A stretch of 64,000 nt of DNA from Candidatus Parcubacteria bacterium (GCA_019661785.1 JAIFWP010000003.1:31009-95008); one strand, 5' to 3'. Positions 1 to 10,625 are shown, counted from the first letter of the stretch. Numbers and translations: made by a program. The notes: generated from the letters alone by a model not told the origin.

Positions 1-724
1 CGTGCTTCGCCGAGTCTGTGGGCTCGACGTCAACTGCTTGTACTACGCCCATGAGCTCAGGCCTGAGACCAAGGGTGAGCACCTTGTCGCCTGGCTCGAC
101 CGTTATCTCGCGTGGCAAGTCGAGCTTGAAGGTTCCTCCGCCCTTGCCCACAAGCGTCACCTGAACACCGCCCCTCTCAAGGACAGCTTGGGTCTCCTCG
201 CCGCTCCCAGAGTAGAGAGCGACCTTTGACTCGTGGCTCATGGTCTCGCGCACGAGACCAAGTGCCCCACCCAAAGGAAGCGATGCTCTCTGCCCCACCC
301 TTACCCCCTCGCCCTCACCAGCATCTACCACGAGTATGTCGTAGGGAGTCTCGGGCGGATGTACTAGCACTCCAGCGGCAACTCCTGCCACACTCTCATC
401 ACGACCGTATCGTGAGAGGACCTCGTCCCGGCCGCCTTCGAGAGTGCGGTAGGACAGAAGTAAGGTCTCGTAGGATGAGAGCTCCTGCTTTAGAAGCTCG
501 TTCTCTCTTATAAGAGCGTCTTTGCTTCGTACGAGGTCGATAGTGTTGCGCAGCGTCGTTGAGAACACGTTCTCCGCTCGCCAGACTGGCGAGACAGCCG
601 TGACTATATATGAGCGCAGGAGGACAAAAACTATGATGGCAAGCGCGAGAACAGACGCCACCAAGGTGAGGCGCTTCCTCCCTGCTAGCCCGGGATCAGA
701 TCTTCTGCGGAAGTTCGTCTTCAT
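1..724 (-). CDS. mreC: Rod shape-determining protein MreC (partial, runs off window start; absent from ORF track)
   Basis: Manual translation from ATG at 724: MKTNFRRRSD...LVASVLALAIIVFVLL (TM), coiled coil (LIRENELLKQEL), PPETPYDILVVDAGEGEGV, VEPGDKVLT; directly follows mreB. Confidence 0.85.
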   Translation of the reverse strand, partial: MKTNFRRRSDPGLAGRKRLTLVASVLALAIIVFVLLRSYIVTAVSPVWRAENVFSTTLRNTIDLVRSKDALIRENELLKQELSSYETLLLSYRTLEGGRDEVLSRYGRDESVAGVAAGVLVHPPETPYDILVVDAGEGEGVRVGQRASLPLGGALGLVRETMSHESKVALYSGSGEETQAVLERGGVQVTLVGKGGGTFKLDLPREITVEPGDKVLTLGLRPELMGVVQAVDVEPTDSAKH

Positions 725-1757
725 TTTCTATAAGGATATCTCTAAAGCGCTCGACGTCCTCGAGCACCACTCCGGTGCCGCGAGCCACAGCCGAGAGCGG
801 GTCAGAAGCCACATGTATAGGTATGCCTAACTCCTCCTCAAGGAGCTCCGGAAGGCCTCGGAGGAGCGCACCGCCGCCTGAGAGGAAGATGCCTCGGTCT
901 ATGACATCCGCGAGTATCTCTGGCGGCGTGGCCTCGATGACCTCGCGCACGGCATTCACTAAAGCCTCGATAGAGCCTCCCAAAGCCTCGCGTATGTCAG
1001 CGTCGGTGATGATAACCTCTCGAGGCAAGCCGGTAACTAAGTCGCGGCCCTTGACCCTCGCCTCATACAAAGTGTCGCTTGGGATGAGAGCCGTGGCGGA
1101 GAACTTGACTGCTTCGGCGGTCTTCTCACCAATGAGGATTTTAAATTGGTTCCTCACATACGAGATGATGTCTTGGTTGAAGCGGTCGCCTGCAATGCGC
1201 AGATTCTTCGTCCTCACCATGCCGCCAAGCGAGAGCACTGCGATGTCTGATGTGCCGCCGCCGATGTCTAGCACCATGCTCCCTACTGGGTCATGTATAG
1301 GTAGGCGCATGCCGATGGCTGCGGCCATCGGCTCCTCGATGATGTGCACAATACCCGCGCCGGCGCTCCGCGCTGCGTCCCGCACGGCGCGTATCTCAAC
1401 CGAGGTAATGCCTGAGGGCACTCCGACAATCACCCTTGGGGCGAGTATCTTTCTTGAGTGGCCTTGAGCCTTGCCCAAGAGGTATGCGAGCATCTCCTCA
1501 GTGACCTCGAAGTCAGAGATGACTCCGTCGACAAGCGGGCGGATAGCCTTGATGTGGCCGGGCGTGCGCCCGAGCATGGCCTTGGCCTCCGCGCCGACAG
1601 CTACTACCTGACCTGTCTTCTGGTTTACCGCTACTACCGACGGCTCATTCAAAACTATGCCTCTGCCACGCACATAGACCAAGGTGTTGGCTGTGCCTAA
1701 GTCGATGCCAATATCATGGGAGAAGAGTCTCCGCAGTTTTTCCTTAAACCCGGCCAT
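696..1757 (-). CDS. mreB: Rod shape-determining protein MreB
   Basis: DIGIDLGTANTLV, EPSVVA, IEEPMAAAIG, DIGGGT, LSGGGALL actin-like motifs. Confidence 0.97.
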   Translation of the reverse strand: MAGFKEKLRRLFSHDIGIDLGTANTLVYVRGRGIVLNEPSVVAVNQKTGQVVAVGAEAKAMLGRTPGHIKAIRPLVDGVISDFEVTEEMLAYLLGKAQGHSRKILAPRVIVGVPSGITSVEIRAVRDAARSAGAGIVHIIEEPMAAAIGMRLPIHDPVGSMVLDIGGGTSDIAVLSLGGMVRTKNLRIAGDRFNQDIISYVRNQFKILIGEKTAEAVKFSATALIPSDTLYEARVKGRDLVTGLPREVIITDADIREALGGSIEALVNAVREVIEATPPEILADVIDRGIFLSGGGALLRGLPELLEEELGIPIHVASDPLSAVARGTGVVLEDVERFRDILIENEDELPQKI

Positions 1758-1761
1758 GGCA

Positions 1762-3015
1762 TTAATCCTTAAGCTCCTGAAGCAAATGCTCGAGGCTCAC
1801 CTCGCTAGTCTTGCCAGTCTCTCGGTCAGTAAGTTCGTAGAGCTTCGACTCGAGAGTCTTCTTGCCAACAGTGATGCGGCTAGGGATGCCTATGAGGTCC
1901 GCGTCAGCGAACTTCTCCCCCGCTCTAGCGTCACGGTCGTCAAAGAGGACTTCAATACCTTCCGCAGTGAGGGTCTTGTAGACCTCATGAGCCAATGCCT
2001 TGATATCGGCATCGTCATGCACCGCGAGTATAAGATGCGCGCGGAAAGGAGCGATGGACTTGGGCCAGACTATGCCCTTCTCGTCGCTTAGAGCCTCGAC
2101 TACCACTCCCATGAGGCGAGTGACGCCAATACCGTATGAGCCGAGATGCACAGGCACGCTCTTGCCCCCCTCGTCCTTGTACATGAGTCCAAGCTGCTCT
2201 GACTTAACCCCGCCAAAATCGAATATGTTGCCAACCTCTGCCGCCGTCTCCTCTACGAGGTCAGCGCGATTCACCCCGAGGTCGCTTAGGACTTCGTCAG
2301 TGAGCACTTCTTTATTGATAGCGATACCCTTCTTCGTATCTACATATATAGTATCCTCGCCGGCAGGCAAGATGGTTTGGAACTCGTGGCTAAACTTAGT
2401 GAAGGCCCCTCCAGAGGCAAAGGTGAGGCGGGTCAGCTCTCCTAGCCCTACTCTCTTGAATACATTGAGGTACGCCTCGATAACCGAATCATAGAACTTC
2501 TTGTGCTCCTCAGGATTAGTGGTGTACGAGTACATGTCCTTCATGAGGAACTCTCTGCCTCGCATGATGCCGCTCTTGGCGCGGAGCTCGTTCCTTAGCT
2601 TAGTTTGGAATTGGTACACATACGCAGGTAGGTCGCGGTAGCTACTGACGAAGTTCTTCATCATGTCGGTGATAGGCTCCTCATGCGACCAGCCAAAGCC
2701 AACCTCCGCTCCGCTCTTGAGTGCAGATTTGAACCAAACATCCACCTTCTCGTCACTCCAGCGATCAGTCTTCTCCCAAAGCTCCTTGCGCTGGAGAGTG
2801 GTCATAGATATCTCCTCCCCGCCGAGCCTGTTCATCTCCTCGCGCACAATGTGCTTTATCTTCTCTAGCACTCTGAGGCCGAGAGGCAAGTAGGCATATG
2901 CTCCGGCCATCTCCTTGTGTATGTATCCTCCTCGTATCAAAAGTTCGGCATTCCTAGAGACCTCGTCCTTGGGCGCATCCTTGCGAGTCTTCGTGAAAAG
3001 CCTGCTCTGTAACAT
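1762..3015 (-). CDS. proS: Proline--tRNA ligase, short form lacking the INS editing domain
   Basis: YQFQTKLRNELRAKSGIMRGREFLMKDMYS, GSYGIGVTR, GEKFADADLIGIP anticodon domain; 417 aa. Confidence 0.95.
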   Translation of the reverse strand: MLQSRLFTKTRKDAPKDEVSRNAELLIRGGYIHKEMAGAYAYLPLGLRVLEKIKHIVREEMNRLGGEEISMTTLQRKELWEKTDRWSDEKVDVWFKSALKSGAEVGFGWSHEEPITDMMKNFVSSYRDLPAYVYQFQTKLRNELRAKSGIMRGREFLMKDMYSYTTNPEEHKKFYDSVIEAYLNVFKRVGLGELTRLTFASGGAFTKFSHEFQTILPAGEDTIYVDTKKGIAINKEVLTDEVLSDLGVNRADLVEETAAEVGNIFDFGGVKSEQLGLMYKDEGGKSVPVHLGSYGIGVTRLMGVVVEALSDEKGIVWPKSIAPFRAHLILAVHDDADIKALAHEVYKTLTAEGIEVLFDDRDARAGEKFADADLIGIPSRITVGKKTLESKLYELTDRETGKTSEVSLEHLLQELKD

Positions 3016-3047
3016 GGCACTATAGTACCCGAAAAACGGAGGTAAAA

Positions 3048-3344
3048 CTAGGCAGCCAGATCTTTCTTGATATCCAAATCGTTTAGCTTCTCATGGAACA
3101 TATTGCATATCATGTCCCGGTCCGAATTCCATAAGTTGAGCACATCTTTATTGTTGGCTATAAAGTCGTTGAAGAATGACTCAAAATCATCATTATGCTT
3201 TTCAAACCAAACCTTCTCGCATTCGCCGTCCTCATCAAAGGCACATACGCCAGCAAGCAGCGCGCCGCGAATCTCCTCTCTGACTATATTGATATCCTCA
3301 ACTGACTCCCGGCTTTCGCTTGATTTTGGTATTTCGAAATTCAT
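3048..3344 (-). CDS. Hypothetical acidic protein
   Basis: 98-aa AT-rich ORF; TATAAT-N6-ATG start. Confidence 0.6.
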   Translation of the reverse strand: MNFEIPKSSESRESVEDINIVREEIRGALLAGVCAFDEDGECEKVWFEKHNDDFESFFNDFIANNKDVLNLWNSDRDMICNMFHEKLNDLDIKKDLAA

Positions 3345-3351
3345 AGGGATA

Positions 3352-4059
3352 TTATACCAAGTGGGCGATGTCTCGAACAGTGATTAACACCATAAGGATA
3401 ATGAGGAGAGCGAAGCTCACAAGGTTGAGTTTATTGAAGAGCTCCTTAGACAAACGCCTCTTACGCAGGCGCTCGACTATGACGATGAGGAGTCTGCCTC
3501 CATCTAGAGCCGGTATAGGGATGAGGTTAATGATAGCGAGGTTCACCGAGATGAGAGCGGCGAAGTAGAGTATGTATGAAAGGCCGAGCGACTTGGCCAT
3601 GCCGACGATGGATACTAGGCCGACAGGTCCGACTACGTCCTTCACCTCAGAGCTAAATATGGATGTGATGGTGAGCCAAGTAATCTTCCCTGTAGTGAGG
3701 AGACCATGCCATATGCCAGCAAAGAAGCCATGTTGTACAAAGCTCCCTCCGCTCTCTATGCCATGCATGAGCATGATAGAGAAGAGGAGCCAAGCAAGGG
3801 CGAAATTGGCAAGAACACCTGCTAGGAGAACAAAGGGCTTCCTCTCCCCTTCCTCCTCCATGCGCACAAAGCCGCCAAATGGCAGCCAGTTGAGAGTGAA
3901 GTCAGTATCCTTCCACCTGAAGAGCTTCTTTGCCCTGGGCGGGAAACCGACACCAAACTCCTCGACCTTTACCCCAAGCCTCTTGGCTACGACGAAGTGA
4001 CCCAATTCATGGACAATGACTAAGACAGACAGAATGATGAGGAATAATAAAATTGTCAT
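3352..4059 (-). CDS. rseP: Site-2 protease (M50, RseP-like) without PDZ domain
   Basis: HELGH zinc motif, FGVGF, LPFGGFV, NLIPIPALDGG. Confidence 0.9.
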   Translation of the reverse strand: MTILLFLIILSVLVIVHELGHFVVAKRLGVKVEEFGVGFPPRAKKLFRWKDTDFTLNWLPFGGFVRMEEEGERKPFVLLAGVLANFALAWLLFSIMLMHGIESGGSFVQHGFFAGIWHGLLTTGKITWLTITSIFSSEVKDVVGPVGLVSIVGMAKSLGLSYILYFAALISVNLAIINLIPIPALDGGRLLIVIVERLRKRRLSKELFNKLNLVSFALLIILMVLITVRDIAHLV

Positions 4060-4078
4060 ATGCCGAGCCTGCGAGGCA

Positions 4079-4630
4079 TCATTCAGAGATTTCTTTCTCC
4101 TTCTTTGCTAAGAGCTCTTCGAGCTTCTTGTTCGACTCGTCTACGAGCTTCTGCAAATCTTGCTTAGCGCGGAAAGCATCGTCCTTGCCCATCTTGCTAT
4201 CCTTCTCCTGCTTGTCGACGTCGGAGTGTATCTTCTCGCGCTCGGTGCGGACGCGGATGCGGGCTTCCTCGAGCTTCTGCTTCGCCACTTTGGCAAGCTC
4301 GGTGCGTCGCTCAGCCGTGAGCGAGGGGAAGTTCACTCGTATACCTTTATCGTCCATAGACACCGAGAGTCCTAGGCTCGACTGGCCTATGGCTGTCTCT
4401 ATAGCCTTCGACACTGCGGCATCCCAAGGCACTATGCGGATAGACTGCGGGCCTTCGACATTTATATTGGCTACTTGGCTAATGCTCATCTTGCTGCCGT
4501 ATGCATCGACCTGTATGCCATCGAGGATAGCAGGCATAGCTTTGCCAGTACGAAGACCTGAGTACTCCTTCTTGAGCCACTCCACAGCATTGTCCGCCCC
4601 AGCCTTGAATTGAGAAAAGTTATATGCCAT
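4079..4630 (-). CDS. frr: Ribosome recycling factor
   Basis: LRTGKA, VDAYG, PSLTAERRTEL, KEKEI C-terminus. Confidence 0.96.
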   Translation of the reverse strand: MAYNFSQFKAGADNAVEWLKKEYSGLRTGKAMPAILDGIQVDAYGSKMSISQVANINVEGPQSIRIVPWDAAVSKAIETAIGQSSLGLSVSMDDKGIRVNFPSLTAERRTELAKVAKQKLEEARIRVRTEREKIHSDVDKQEKDSKMGKDDAFRAKQDLQKLVDESNKKLEELLAKKEKEISE

Positions 4631-4694
4631 TTCTGTTTATTATCTTTGAATTTTAGCATGAATTCTGCGTATGTTTATAGGCCTATTTTAGAGC

Positions 4695-4723
4695 TTGACA
4701 AATGGCTATATTTATGATAGTAT
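4695..4723 (+). promoter_or_regulatory. Sigma70-type promoter with extended -10
   Basis: TTGACA-17 nt-TAGTAT with TG upstream of -10. Confidence 0.8.
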
Positions 4724-4784
4724 ATAAGAAGATGTACGGTTCGGGGATTTCCCCCGGAACGGAACTCCTGTACTGGAGCTTACA

Positions 4785-5240
4785 ATGCCGAGCAACGAGA
4801 TTAACCTGAGCAGCTCAGTCCTCACTTCCTTCGAGGTTGTGCGCAAGGCGCTGGAGATTCGCTACGGAGCTCAAATCAGCTTCGTAGGTTCGATGAAAAT
4901 CACGCCCGACGATCCGGACAGAACGCCCGGCTCGAAACGCCAGGTCGTTCTACAGACCAAGTTCGACACGATGAAGGGGACCCTTCGTATCATGGTCGAA
5001 CTGGGACTCAGCGCAATCGTGTTCCTCGAGTATATCGACTGCGCATGGCGCTTCGATTACGCCGAGGTGCGGGTGCAGAATCCGAACGACCAATCGGCAC
5101 GCACCGACGGGAGCTACCGGTACACTGTTTGCTATGCGAAGGAGCGCCAGTATGACACCCATCTGTTTGTCGGAGACCCGCTAGACAACATCAGCTATCG
5201 CGGCCATGATATGAGCGATAGGGTCGAAGTGAAGTGGTGA
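4785..5240 (+). CDS. Hypothetical protein (stand-alone cassette)
   Basis: 151-aa ORF, GGAG SD, own promoter and downstream hairpin. Confidence 0.7.
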   Translation: MPSNEINLSSSVLTSFEVVRKALEIRYGAQISFVGSMKITPDDPDRTPGSKRQVVLQTKFDTMKGTLRIMVELGLSAIVFLEYIDCAWRFDYAEVRVQNPNDQSARTDGSYRYTVCYAKERQYDTHLFVGDPLDNISYRGHDMSDRVEVKW

Positions 5241-5249
5241 GTGGCTCAC

Positions 5250-5297
5250 GCCGCCCGAGAGTTAGAGTCGCCCGACTCAACTCGGGCGGCTTTCTTT
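5250..5297 (+). terminator. Intrinsic terminator
   Basis: GCCGCCCGAG...CTCGGGCGGC stem followed by T-rich tail. Confidence 0.7.
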
Positions 5298-5932
5298 TAT
5301 AAAACCAGTGCTAAGTGTTCGAGGATAAGCCTCGGCATGGCACCGGAGTCGCGGGCATAGGTGCGGAGTTCTAGGACCTTCTTCTGCATTTCAAGCGGGG
5401 CCCCATCGGCGCGGAGCTTGAGGAGGAGTGAGTCGAGGAATAAGGCCAAAGCACCGGCTCCCCTCTCTTCCTTCTCATCGGCGAACTTCTTGGCGAAGTC
5501 GATACGCTGCTTGAGAGTCTTCGTAAGAAATTTCTCCACCTCTTTGTTCTTGCCTAGTTCGCCTCCGACTCTAACTTGATGCAATCGTGACAGAAGCGTG
5601 GGCAGGAAGACGCTCGACTCCCTAGCCGAGATGAAGAAGTGGGTATTCGCTACTGGGTCCTCAAAGGTTTTGAGGAGCGCATTCTGCGCCTCGGAGGTGA
5701 ACTTGTTTGCATGTATGACGAAGACCTTCCGCGCCTTATCTCCTTTGCCAAAAGCCTTCTCTATAGCCCTGTCACTTAGCTCTCTCGCATCATCTACGCC
5801 AAAGACATCTTGAGAGATGACGAAGACATCCGGATTGCCGACAGGGCTAATGCCAGACTCATCAAAAACATCCTTGAGATACTCGTCTGCTTCATCTCGC
5901 TCACCTATTAGTAGATAGGCGTGATGCTGCAT
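5297..5932 (-). CDS. holB: DNA polymerase III delta' subunit (short)
   Basis: HHAYLL, PDVF, VDDAREL, EAQNALLKTFEDP, LPTLLSR. Confidence 0.8.
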   Translation of the reverse strand: MQHHAYLLIGERDEADEYLKDVFDESGISPVGNPDVFVISQDVFGVDDARELSDRAIEKAFGKGDKARKVFVIHANKFTSEAQNALLKTFEDPVANTHFFISARESSVFLPTLLSRLHQVRVGGELGKNKEVEKFLTKTLKQRIDFAKKFADEKEERGAGALALFLDSLLLKLRADGAPLEMQKKVLELRTYARDSGAMPRLILEHLALVL

Positions 5933-5954
5933 GTTCTACTTGATTACCGAATTT

Positions 5955-6422
5955 TTAGTGTGGCTTCTCGACCTTCAAGAGTTCAACGTCGAAGATGAGG
6001 GTAGAGTTCCCTGGTATAGGACCGACTGCCTGAGCGCCGTAACCGAAGTCAGGAGCGATAGTGAGGCGTCTCTTGCCTCCGACCTTCATACCAACAACAC
6101 CCTGGTCCCAACCCTTGATAACCTGGCCTGTGCCGAGGACGAAAACGATAGGCTGGCCTCTGTCGTGAGAGCTGTCGAAGACCTTGCCATCAGTGAGAGT
6201 GCCTACATAGTGGACGGTAACGGTGTCGCCAGGCGCAGCTATGGCTCCGCTGCCTACTACTGTATCTGTGGTCTTAACTCCGGTTGGTTGGGTATTCACT
6301 TGTGCTGGGTTAGCTTGTGTCTTAGGGGTAAAAAGGCTCATGAACAGGTTCCCGTAGAAGAGGAAGCCGACTGTGCCGAGAGCCGCTGCCACTCCTATGG
6401 CGATATTTGTATTCTTTTTCAT
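5955..6422 (-). CDS. FKBP-type peptidyl-prolyl isomerase with N-terminal membrane anchor
   Basis: [39 protein letters not shown]; start reassigned to MKKNTNI. Confidence 0.93.
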   Translation of the reverse strand: MKKNTNIAIGVAAALGTVGFLFYGNLFMSLFTPKTQANPAQVNTQPTGVKTTDTVVGSGAIAAPGDTVTVHYVGTLTDGKVFDSSHDRGQPIVFVLGTGQVIKGWDQGVVGMKVGGKRRLTIAPDFGYGAQAVGPIPGNSTLIFDVELLKVEKPH

Positions 6423-6456
6423 AATAATCTTAAGAGTATATGTTATTATACCGCGT

Positions 6457-7176
6457 ATGGAGAAAGAACAAAACGTCCACACTCTGACCAAAGAGGAGAT
6501 ACAGGGCGTCGCCAGAGAGCGCGTGGAGGAAATAGCCAAGGAGTTCAAGGCCGGATTCAAGTTCCTCGAGGACTACCCTAAGTCAGTAACCTTCTTCGGC
6601 TCATCTCTCATGAAGGAGGACAATCCTTATTGCCTCTCAGCCCGCAAGCTCGCAGGACGCATATCTACTGAACTTGGATACTCAGTGCTCACTGGTGGAG
6701 GTCCGGGCATCATGGAGGCAGCCAATCGAGGCGCGACTGAAGCCGGCGGCACCTCGCTCGCCATCACTATCAAGCTCCCTACGCCTCAGACCATAAACCA
6801 TTTCATAACTAGTGAGATAGACCCTTACTACTTCTTCGTGAGGAAGGTCTGTCTCGGCTTCTCGGCAGAGGCTTTCATCTTCTACCCAGGAGGCTTTGGC
6901 ACTCTCGACGAGTTCTTCGAGATAATCACTCTTATACAGACAAGGAAGATTGTTGGCGTGCCTCTTATCTGCGTCGGTAGCGACTACTGGAAGTCTCTTG
7001 AGCGCTTCATGCAAGCTGAGCTCCTCTCTCGAGGCACGATACTCCCTGAGGACCTCCTCTTATACAACATCACTGACGACCACGACGAAATACTTGAGAT
7101 TATCAAGAAAGCTCCTATAAGAAACGGTCTGGAATTCCACCTTAATGCTGAAGTGCCTACCTCGCCTACAGTCTAA
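6457..7176 (+). CDS. LOG family (TIGR00730-like) nucleotide phosphoribohydrolase
   Basis: [30 protein letters not shown]. Confidence 0.92.
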   Translation: MEKEQNVHTLTKEEIQGVARERVEEIAKEFKAGFKFLEDYPKSVTFFGSSLMKEDNPYCLSARKLAGRISTELGYSVLTGGGPGIMEAANRGATEAGGTSLAITIKLPTPQTINHFITSEIDPYYFFVRKVCLGFSAEAFIFYPGGFGTLDEFFEIITLIQTRKIVGVPLICVGSDYWKSLERFMQAELLSRGTILPEDLLLYNITDDHDEILEIIKKAPIRNGLEFHLNAEVPTSPTV

Positions 7177-7178
7177 AT

Positions 7179-7694
7179 TTACTTAAAGAAGATGGGTACT
7201 GCGTAGTATCGCGCGTTGGCCTCAAGGCCTGAAGGATTGTCATTCATGAAGACGACTGCACCCTCGTTTGAAGTATTGCCGGAGAACACAATCGTACCAG
7301 TGAAGGGTACCGTGCCAGTAGCCTGCATCCAATCCCCCTGCGCGGTAATGGTGCCGCGGCCAAGGACCTTACCGTTCGTGTCTATGACCATGACAGGAGC
7401 CGATGCCTCGAAGTACCATCCGCCCTTGGCTCTGCCCGTAACAGTGAGAGGAGAGGTTATCTTGTCGCCGAGCTTGGGCTTAGTTATCACTATGTCCCCT
7501 GCGCTTGCCTGTGTGCCGACTATAGGGAGTATAGGCGTGCCTTTGACAGCGCCATTGTTGCCAGATGATGGGGTCGAGGTAGCTGTCTGGCCATCATCTA
7601 TAGCATCCACAGAATCTCCCCTCTGGCTGTATATAAGCCATCCCAAAAGCACTACCACTACGAGCGCAACAACCCAAACGACGGATTTTTTCAT
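7179..7694 (-). CDS. Membrane-anchored Gmad2-type immunoglobulin-like domain protein
   Basis: N-terminal TM; ITSPLTVTGRAKGGWYFEA, DNPSGL motifs. Confidence 0.75.
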   Translation of the reverse strand: MKKSVVWVVALVVVVLLGWLIYSQRGDSVDAIDDGQTATSTPSSGNNGAVKGTPILPIVGTQASAGDIVITKPKLGDKITSPLTVTGRAKGGWYFEASAPVMVIDTNGKVLGRGTITAQGDWMQATGTVPFTGTIVFSGNTSNEGAVVFMNDNPSGLEANARYYAVPIFFK

Positions 7695-7708
7695 ATGTCT
7701 ATAGACGT

Positions 7709-8947
7709 TTACTTGAATAGATTCTTAACTGCGCCGCCCACGAATTCCTCGGCATAGTCACGGAATTTGTATAGGAGGGGTTTGCCGGCGAGACTCCTCT
7801 TGGGGTCATAGAGTTCCTTGTACTTGCTCCCCCTATCCATTATAAGGTCAGTTAGGATTTTCCCCGATATGGCGGAGTAAGTCATGCCGTTCCCTGAGAA
7901 GGCCGCCGCGACGTATTGATGCTCTGCATATTCGCCAATGAGAGGTAAGCCGTCCGAGGGCTCAAGTATCCCGCCCTGCCACTTGTGCGAGACTTTATAT
8001 TTAAGACCGGTGAAGGTGTCATCGATGAACTCCTTCAAAGCCCTGAAGCTCTTGCCCTCCTCGAAGCCGAGCTCGGCCCTGTGGTCCTCCCCGCCGACTA
8101 TCATGGTCTGCTTGTCCTCCTCATCATCAACGCGGAAGTAGTGGTACGGATTGCGATTGTCCTCGTATAGGCCCACTTCGAGAGAGTCTTTGGGTATCTC
8201 GAGAGCGTATACATAGGTCACATACATACCCTTCTTGAAGTGGGTCGGCTTAGGATTGTTGAAGGGTTCATAGGTTGCGACGACCACGTCCTTAGCCTCG
8301 ACAGACCTACCCGACTTCGTGAGTATGTGCACGCCGCCCGCGCTTGGAGTGAGCTCTGCGGCCTCAGCCTTCTCGTGGAATTTAACGCCATTCTTCTCCG
8401 CAGCTTTTATAAGCCCCCTTAGGAACTTCATCGGGTGATATTTGGCTTGGCCGGGCATTTTCATCGCTCCGGCATTAGTGAAGCCCTTGAGCGGACTCTC
8501 TAAGAGTCCAGCATTGAAGCCGAGTCTCCTTACCTCGGACTCTTCATCGCGCAGAGTCTCAAGCTCCTTATCGTCCTTGGCATAAGTGTGTATTGGCACT
8601 CTCATGAAGTCGCAGTCTACCTTCTCCTCTTGTATGACCGCCTCTATCTGGTCGATAGCCTCGCGGCCGGCAAGCCAGGAGAGTTTGGCCTTCTCGTCAC
8701 CAAACATTTTTACAAGGTCAGAAAGGTCGGTATCGATGACTTGTGTGATGAAGGCTGTGGTATAGAGAGTGGCCGCGCGGCCGAGCTTGTCCGCCTCAAG
8801 CAAAATGACCGACTTGCCCGCCTTAGACAGAAGATACGCTGTCCATATGCCAGCTATCCCGCCGCCGACTATGCAGACGTCTGCCTGAGCGTCCTCGCGT
8901 AGAGGCTCGAACTCTGGCATGTCTTCGATTTCCCAAACGCTAGACAT
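7709..8947 (-). CDS. FAD-dependent oxidoreductase (DAO/YhfW-like, no Rieske domain)
   Basis: DVCIVGGGIAG, DGLPLIG, FSGNGMT. Confidence 0.85.
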   Translation of the reverse strand: MSSVWEIEDMPEFEPLREDAQADVCIVGGGIAGIWTAYLLSKAGKSVILLEADKLGRAATLYTTAFITQVIDTDLSDLVKMFGDEKAKLSWLAGREAIDQIEAVIQEEKVDCDFMRVPIHTYAKDDKELETLRDEESEVRRLGFNAGLLESPLKGFTNAGAMKMPGQAKYHPMKFLRGLIKAAEKNGVKFHEKAEAAELTPSAGGVHILTKSGRSVEAKDVVVATYEPFNNPKPTHFKKGMYVTYVYALEIPKDSLEVGLYEDNRNPYHYFRVDDEEDKQTMIVGGEDHRAELGFEEGKSFRALKEFIDDTFTGLKYKVSHKWQGGILEPSDGLPLIGEYAEHQYVAAAFSGNGMTYSAISGKILTDLIMDRGSKYKELYDPKRSLAGKPLLYKFRDYAEEFVGGAVKNLFK

Positions 8948-8963
8948 AAGTTAAGATGTGGTT

Positions 8964-9713
8964 ATGAAGAAAATAATACTCATAGTACTGGCCCTACTTC
9001 TCATAGTCGGACTAGGGATAGGACTCTCTTTACGACGAGCCGGCGCGCCGACCGTGACACAGGATGAGCTCACAGCCACCTCAACTGCGGCTACGACAAC
9101 TACAGTGGTCTCTCCTTTGCCGAAGCCCACTCCGGGAATCCGGAGTGACAAGGACAGGGCTTGGGACCTCTTTCAAAAGTATCTCCAAGCTGCCAAAGAC
9201 CACGACCTAGCTACAGTGAAGTCTCTCTCCTACCAAGTATCGCCAGACTGCTTTGATGCTGCTAAGACAAAGGAGTGCAACGCTCGCATGGACACGGCCT
9301 ACTACTATGGAAGCGCTATAGAGAAGAGCTCGCTCACGCATGTGGTCGGCGATGCTAAGCAGCTCATACTAGTCGGAGATTATAAGGAAAAGATAGATGA
9401 GGAGGCAATAACCCTGACGAGGCGCATTGTCTATTTTACAAAACAAGATGGGGATATAAAATTCCTCTCCCTGAGCCCGTTTGACGGATTCTTCAAGCTC
9501 ATCGTCGCAGGCTCGGCTGACGCCACCTCAACTACTGAAACTAGGCTCAAGGCTCTCATAGTAGACACAGATATGGATATCGCACCTGATGCCATCGAGA
9601 CCTGTACTGACCCAGGCGCGCCAGCAGATTGTGCAAAAACCGACCCAAATAAAAAAGACTCCAACGGGAACGGATGGTGGGACTCCATAGAAGCGCTATT
9701 CTATAAGAAATAA
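8964..9713 (+). CDS. Membrane-anchored secreted protein with Ca-binding (TSP3-like) C-terminal motifs
   Basis: N-terminal TM, Thr-rich linker, DTDMDIAPDAIE and DSNGNGWWDSIE. Confidence 0.6.
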   Translation: MKKIILIVLALLLIVGLGIGLSLRRAGAPTVTQDELTATSTAATTTTVVSPLPKPTPGIRSDKDRAWDLFQKYLQAAKDHDLATVKSLSYQVSPDCFDAAKTKECNARMDTAYYYGSAIEKSSLTHVVGDAKQLILVGDYKEKIDEEAITLTRRIVYFTKQDGDIKFLSLSPFDGFFKLIVAGSADATSTTETRLKALIVDTDMDIAPDAIETCTDPGAPADCAKTDPNKKDSNGNGWWDSIEALFYKK

Positions 9714-9739
9714 CGGGAGTAACCCTCTGAGAAGGAACT

Positions 9740-9940
9740 CTAGAGCTCTACTGGGAGCTTCACTGCCCTCGGCTTCTTGAAGAAGTTCAAGAATGCTGCC
9801 CACATAGAGAGCTTTACTGGCTTGTGGCTCTCGGCGTAGCGAGAGAGCACGGCGAACATCTCGCCCTTCTGTCGCGAGGTTAAAGAGACCTTCCTAACCT
9901 TATCTAAACTATTTTCGAACTGTGATTTGTGTATTGTCAT
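9740..9940 (-). CDS. Small protein, possible truncated anti-sigma factor
   Basis: 66 aa, abuts ECF sigma stop; position typical of an anti-sigma gene. Confidence 0.45.
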   Translation of the reverse strand: MTIHKSQFENSLDKVRKVSLTSRQKGEMFAVLSRYAESHKPVKLSMWAAFLNFFKKPRAVKLPVEL

Positions 9941-10444
9941 TTATTTTACGTCATAGTGCATAGCCTCTCGTAAGATCCTAAGCCCTCTGTTAATGCGCAC
10001 GGACACAACATTGGCAGACTCCCCTATTATCTCTGCTATCTCCTTGGGCTTAAGTCCTTCTACGCAGCGCAGGTATACCGCGTCGCGGTAGGTCTCGTCC
10101 AAAGCGTTTATCTTCCTCACCAGGTTCTTGGCCTCCGCCTCTATCTCTATGCCGGCGGATGAGGAAAGGAGCTCGTTCTTGTCCTCGGAGCCCTCGATGA
10201 GCATGCTCTCTAAGGAGACTGCCTTCTTCTTCCTATACCAGTCAATGATGAGGTTCCTTGCTACAGCGAAGAGGAAGGCTCTGCAGTTCTTTATCTGCTT
10301 GTCCTTGCAGAGCGTATCCCAGAAGCGCATGAAGGTGTCCTGGGTCAAATCAAGGGCCAAATCATGATCAGAAGTGCGCAAAAGGCAAAATCGAAAGACC
10401 GAGTCGGCCTCTGTTCCATATACTTGTTCGAACTGTTGTTGCAC
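9941..10444 (-). CDS. ECF RNA polymerase sigma factor
   Basis: DLTQDTF, FLFAVARNLIIDWYRK (region 2), EIAEIIG..NVVSVRINRG (region 4). Confidence 0.93.
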   Translation of the reverse strand: MQQQFEQVYGTEADSVFRFCLLRTSDHDLALDLTQDTFMRFWDTLCKDKQIKNCRAFLFAVARNLIIDWYRKKKAVSLESMLIEGSEDKNELLSSSAGIEIEAEAKNLVRKINALDETYRDAVYLRCVEGLKPKEIAEIIGESANVVSVRINRGLRILREAMHYDVK

Positions 10445-10625
10445 TTGGTTCTGAATGGCGATTGAGTCCTTAATCCGCCCAAACAGTCTAGACGGTCGAA
10501 GAGGTCTATTATTACAGGTAAGAGCCCCTCTCTACAAGCGTCATTGGTTGTACAGACAGGGTGTGGCAATAGAGAAGCCTCCACTCTGCTGACACAGCAT
10601 TAGCATTAATTAAATAACAGATAAC

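Noticed and set aside
2-830. Short + strand ORFs at the window start
   Set aside because: Antisense shadows of mreC and mreB, which translate to recognisable proteins on the minus strand.
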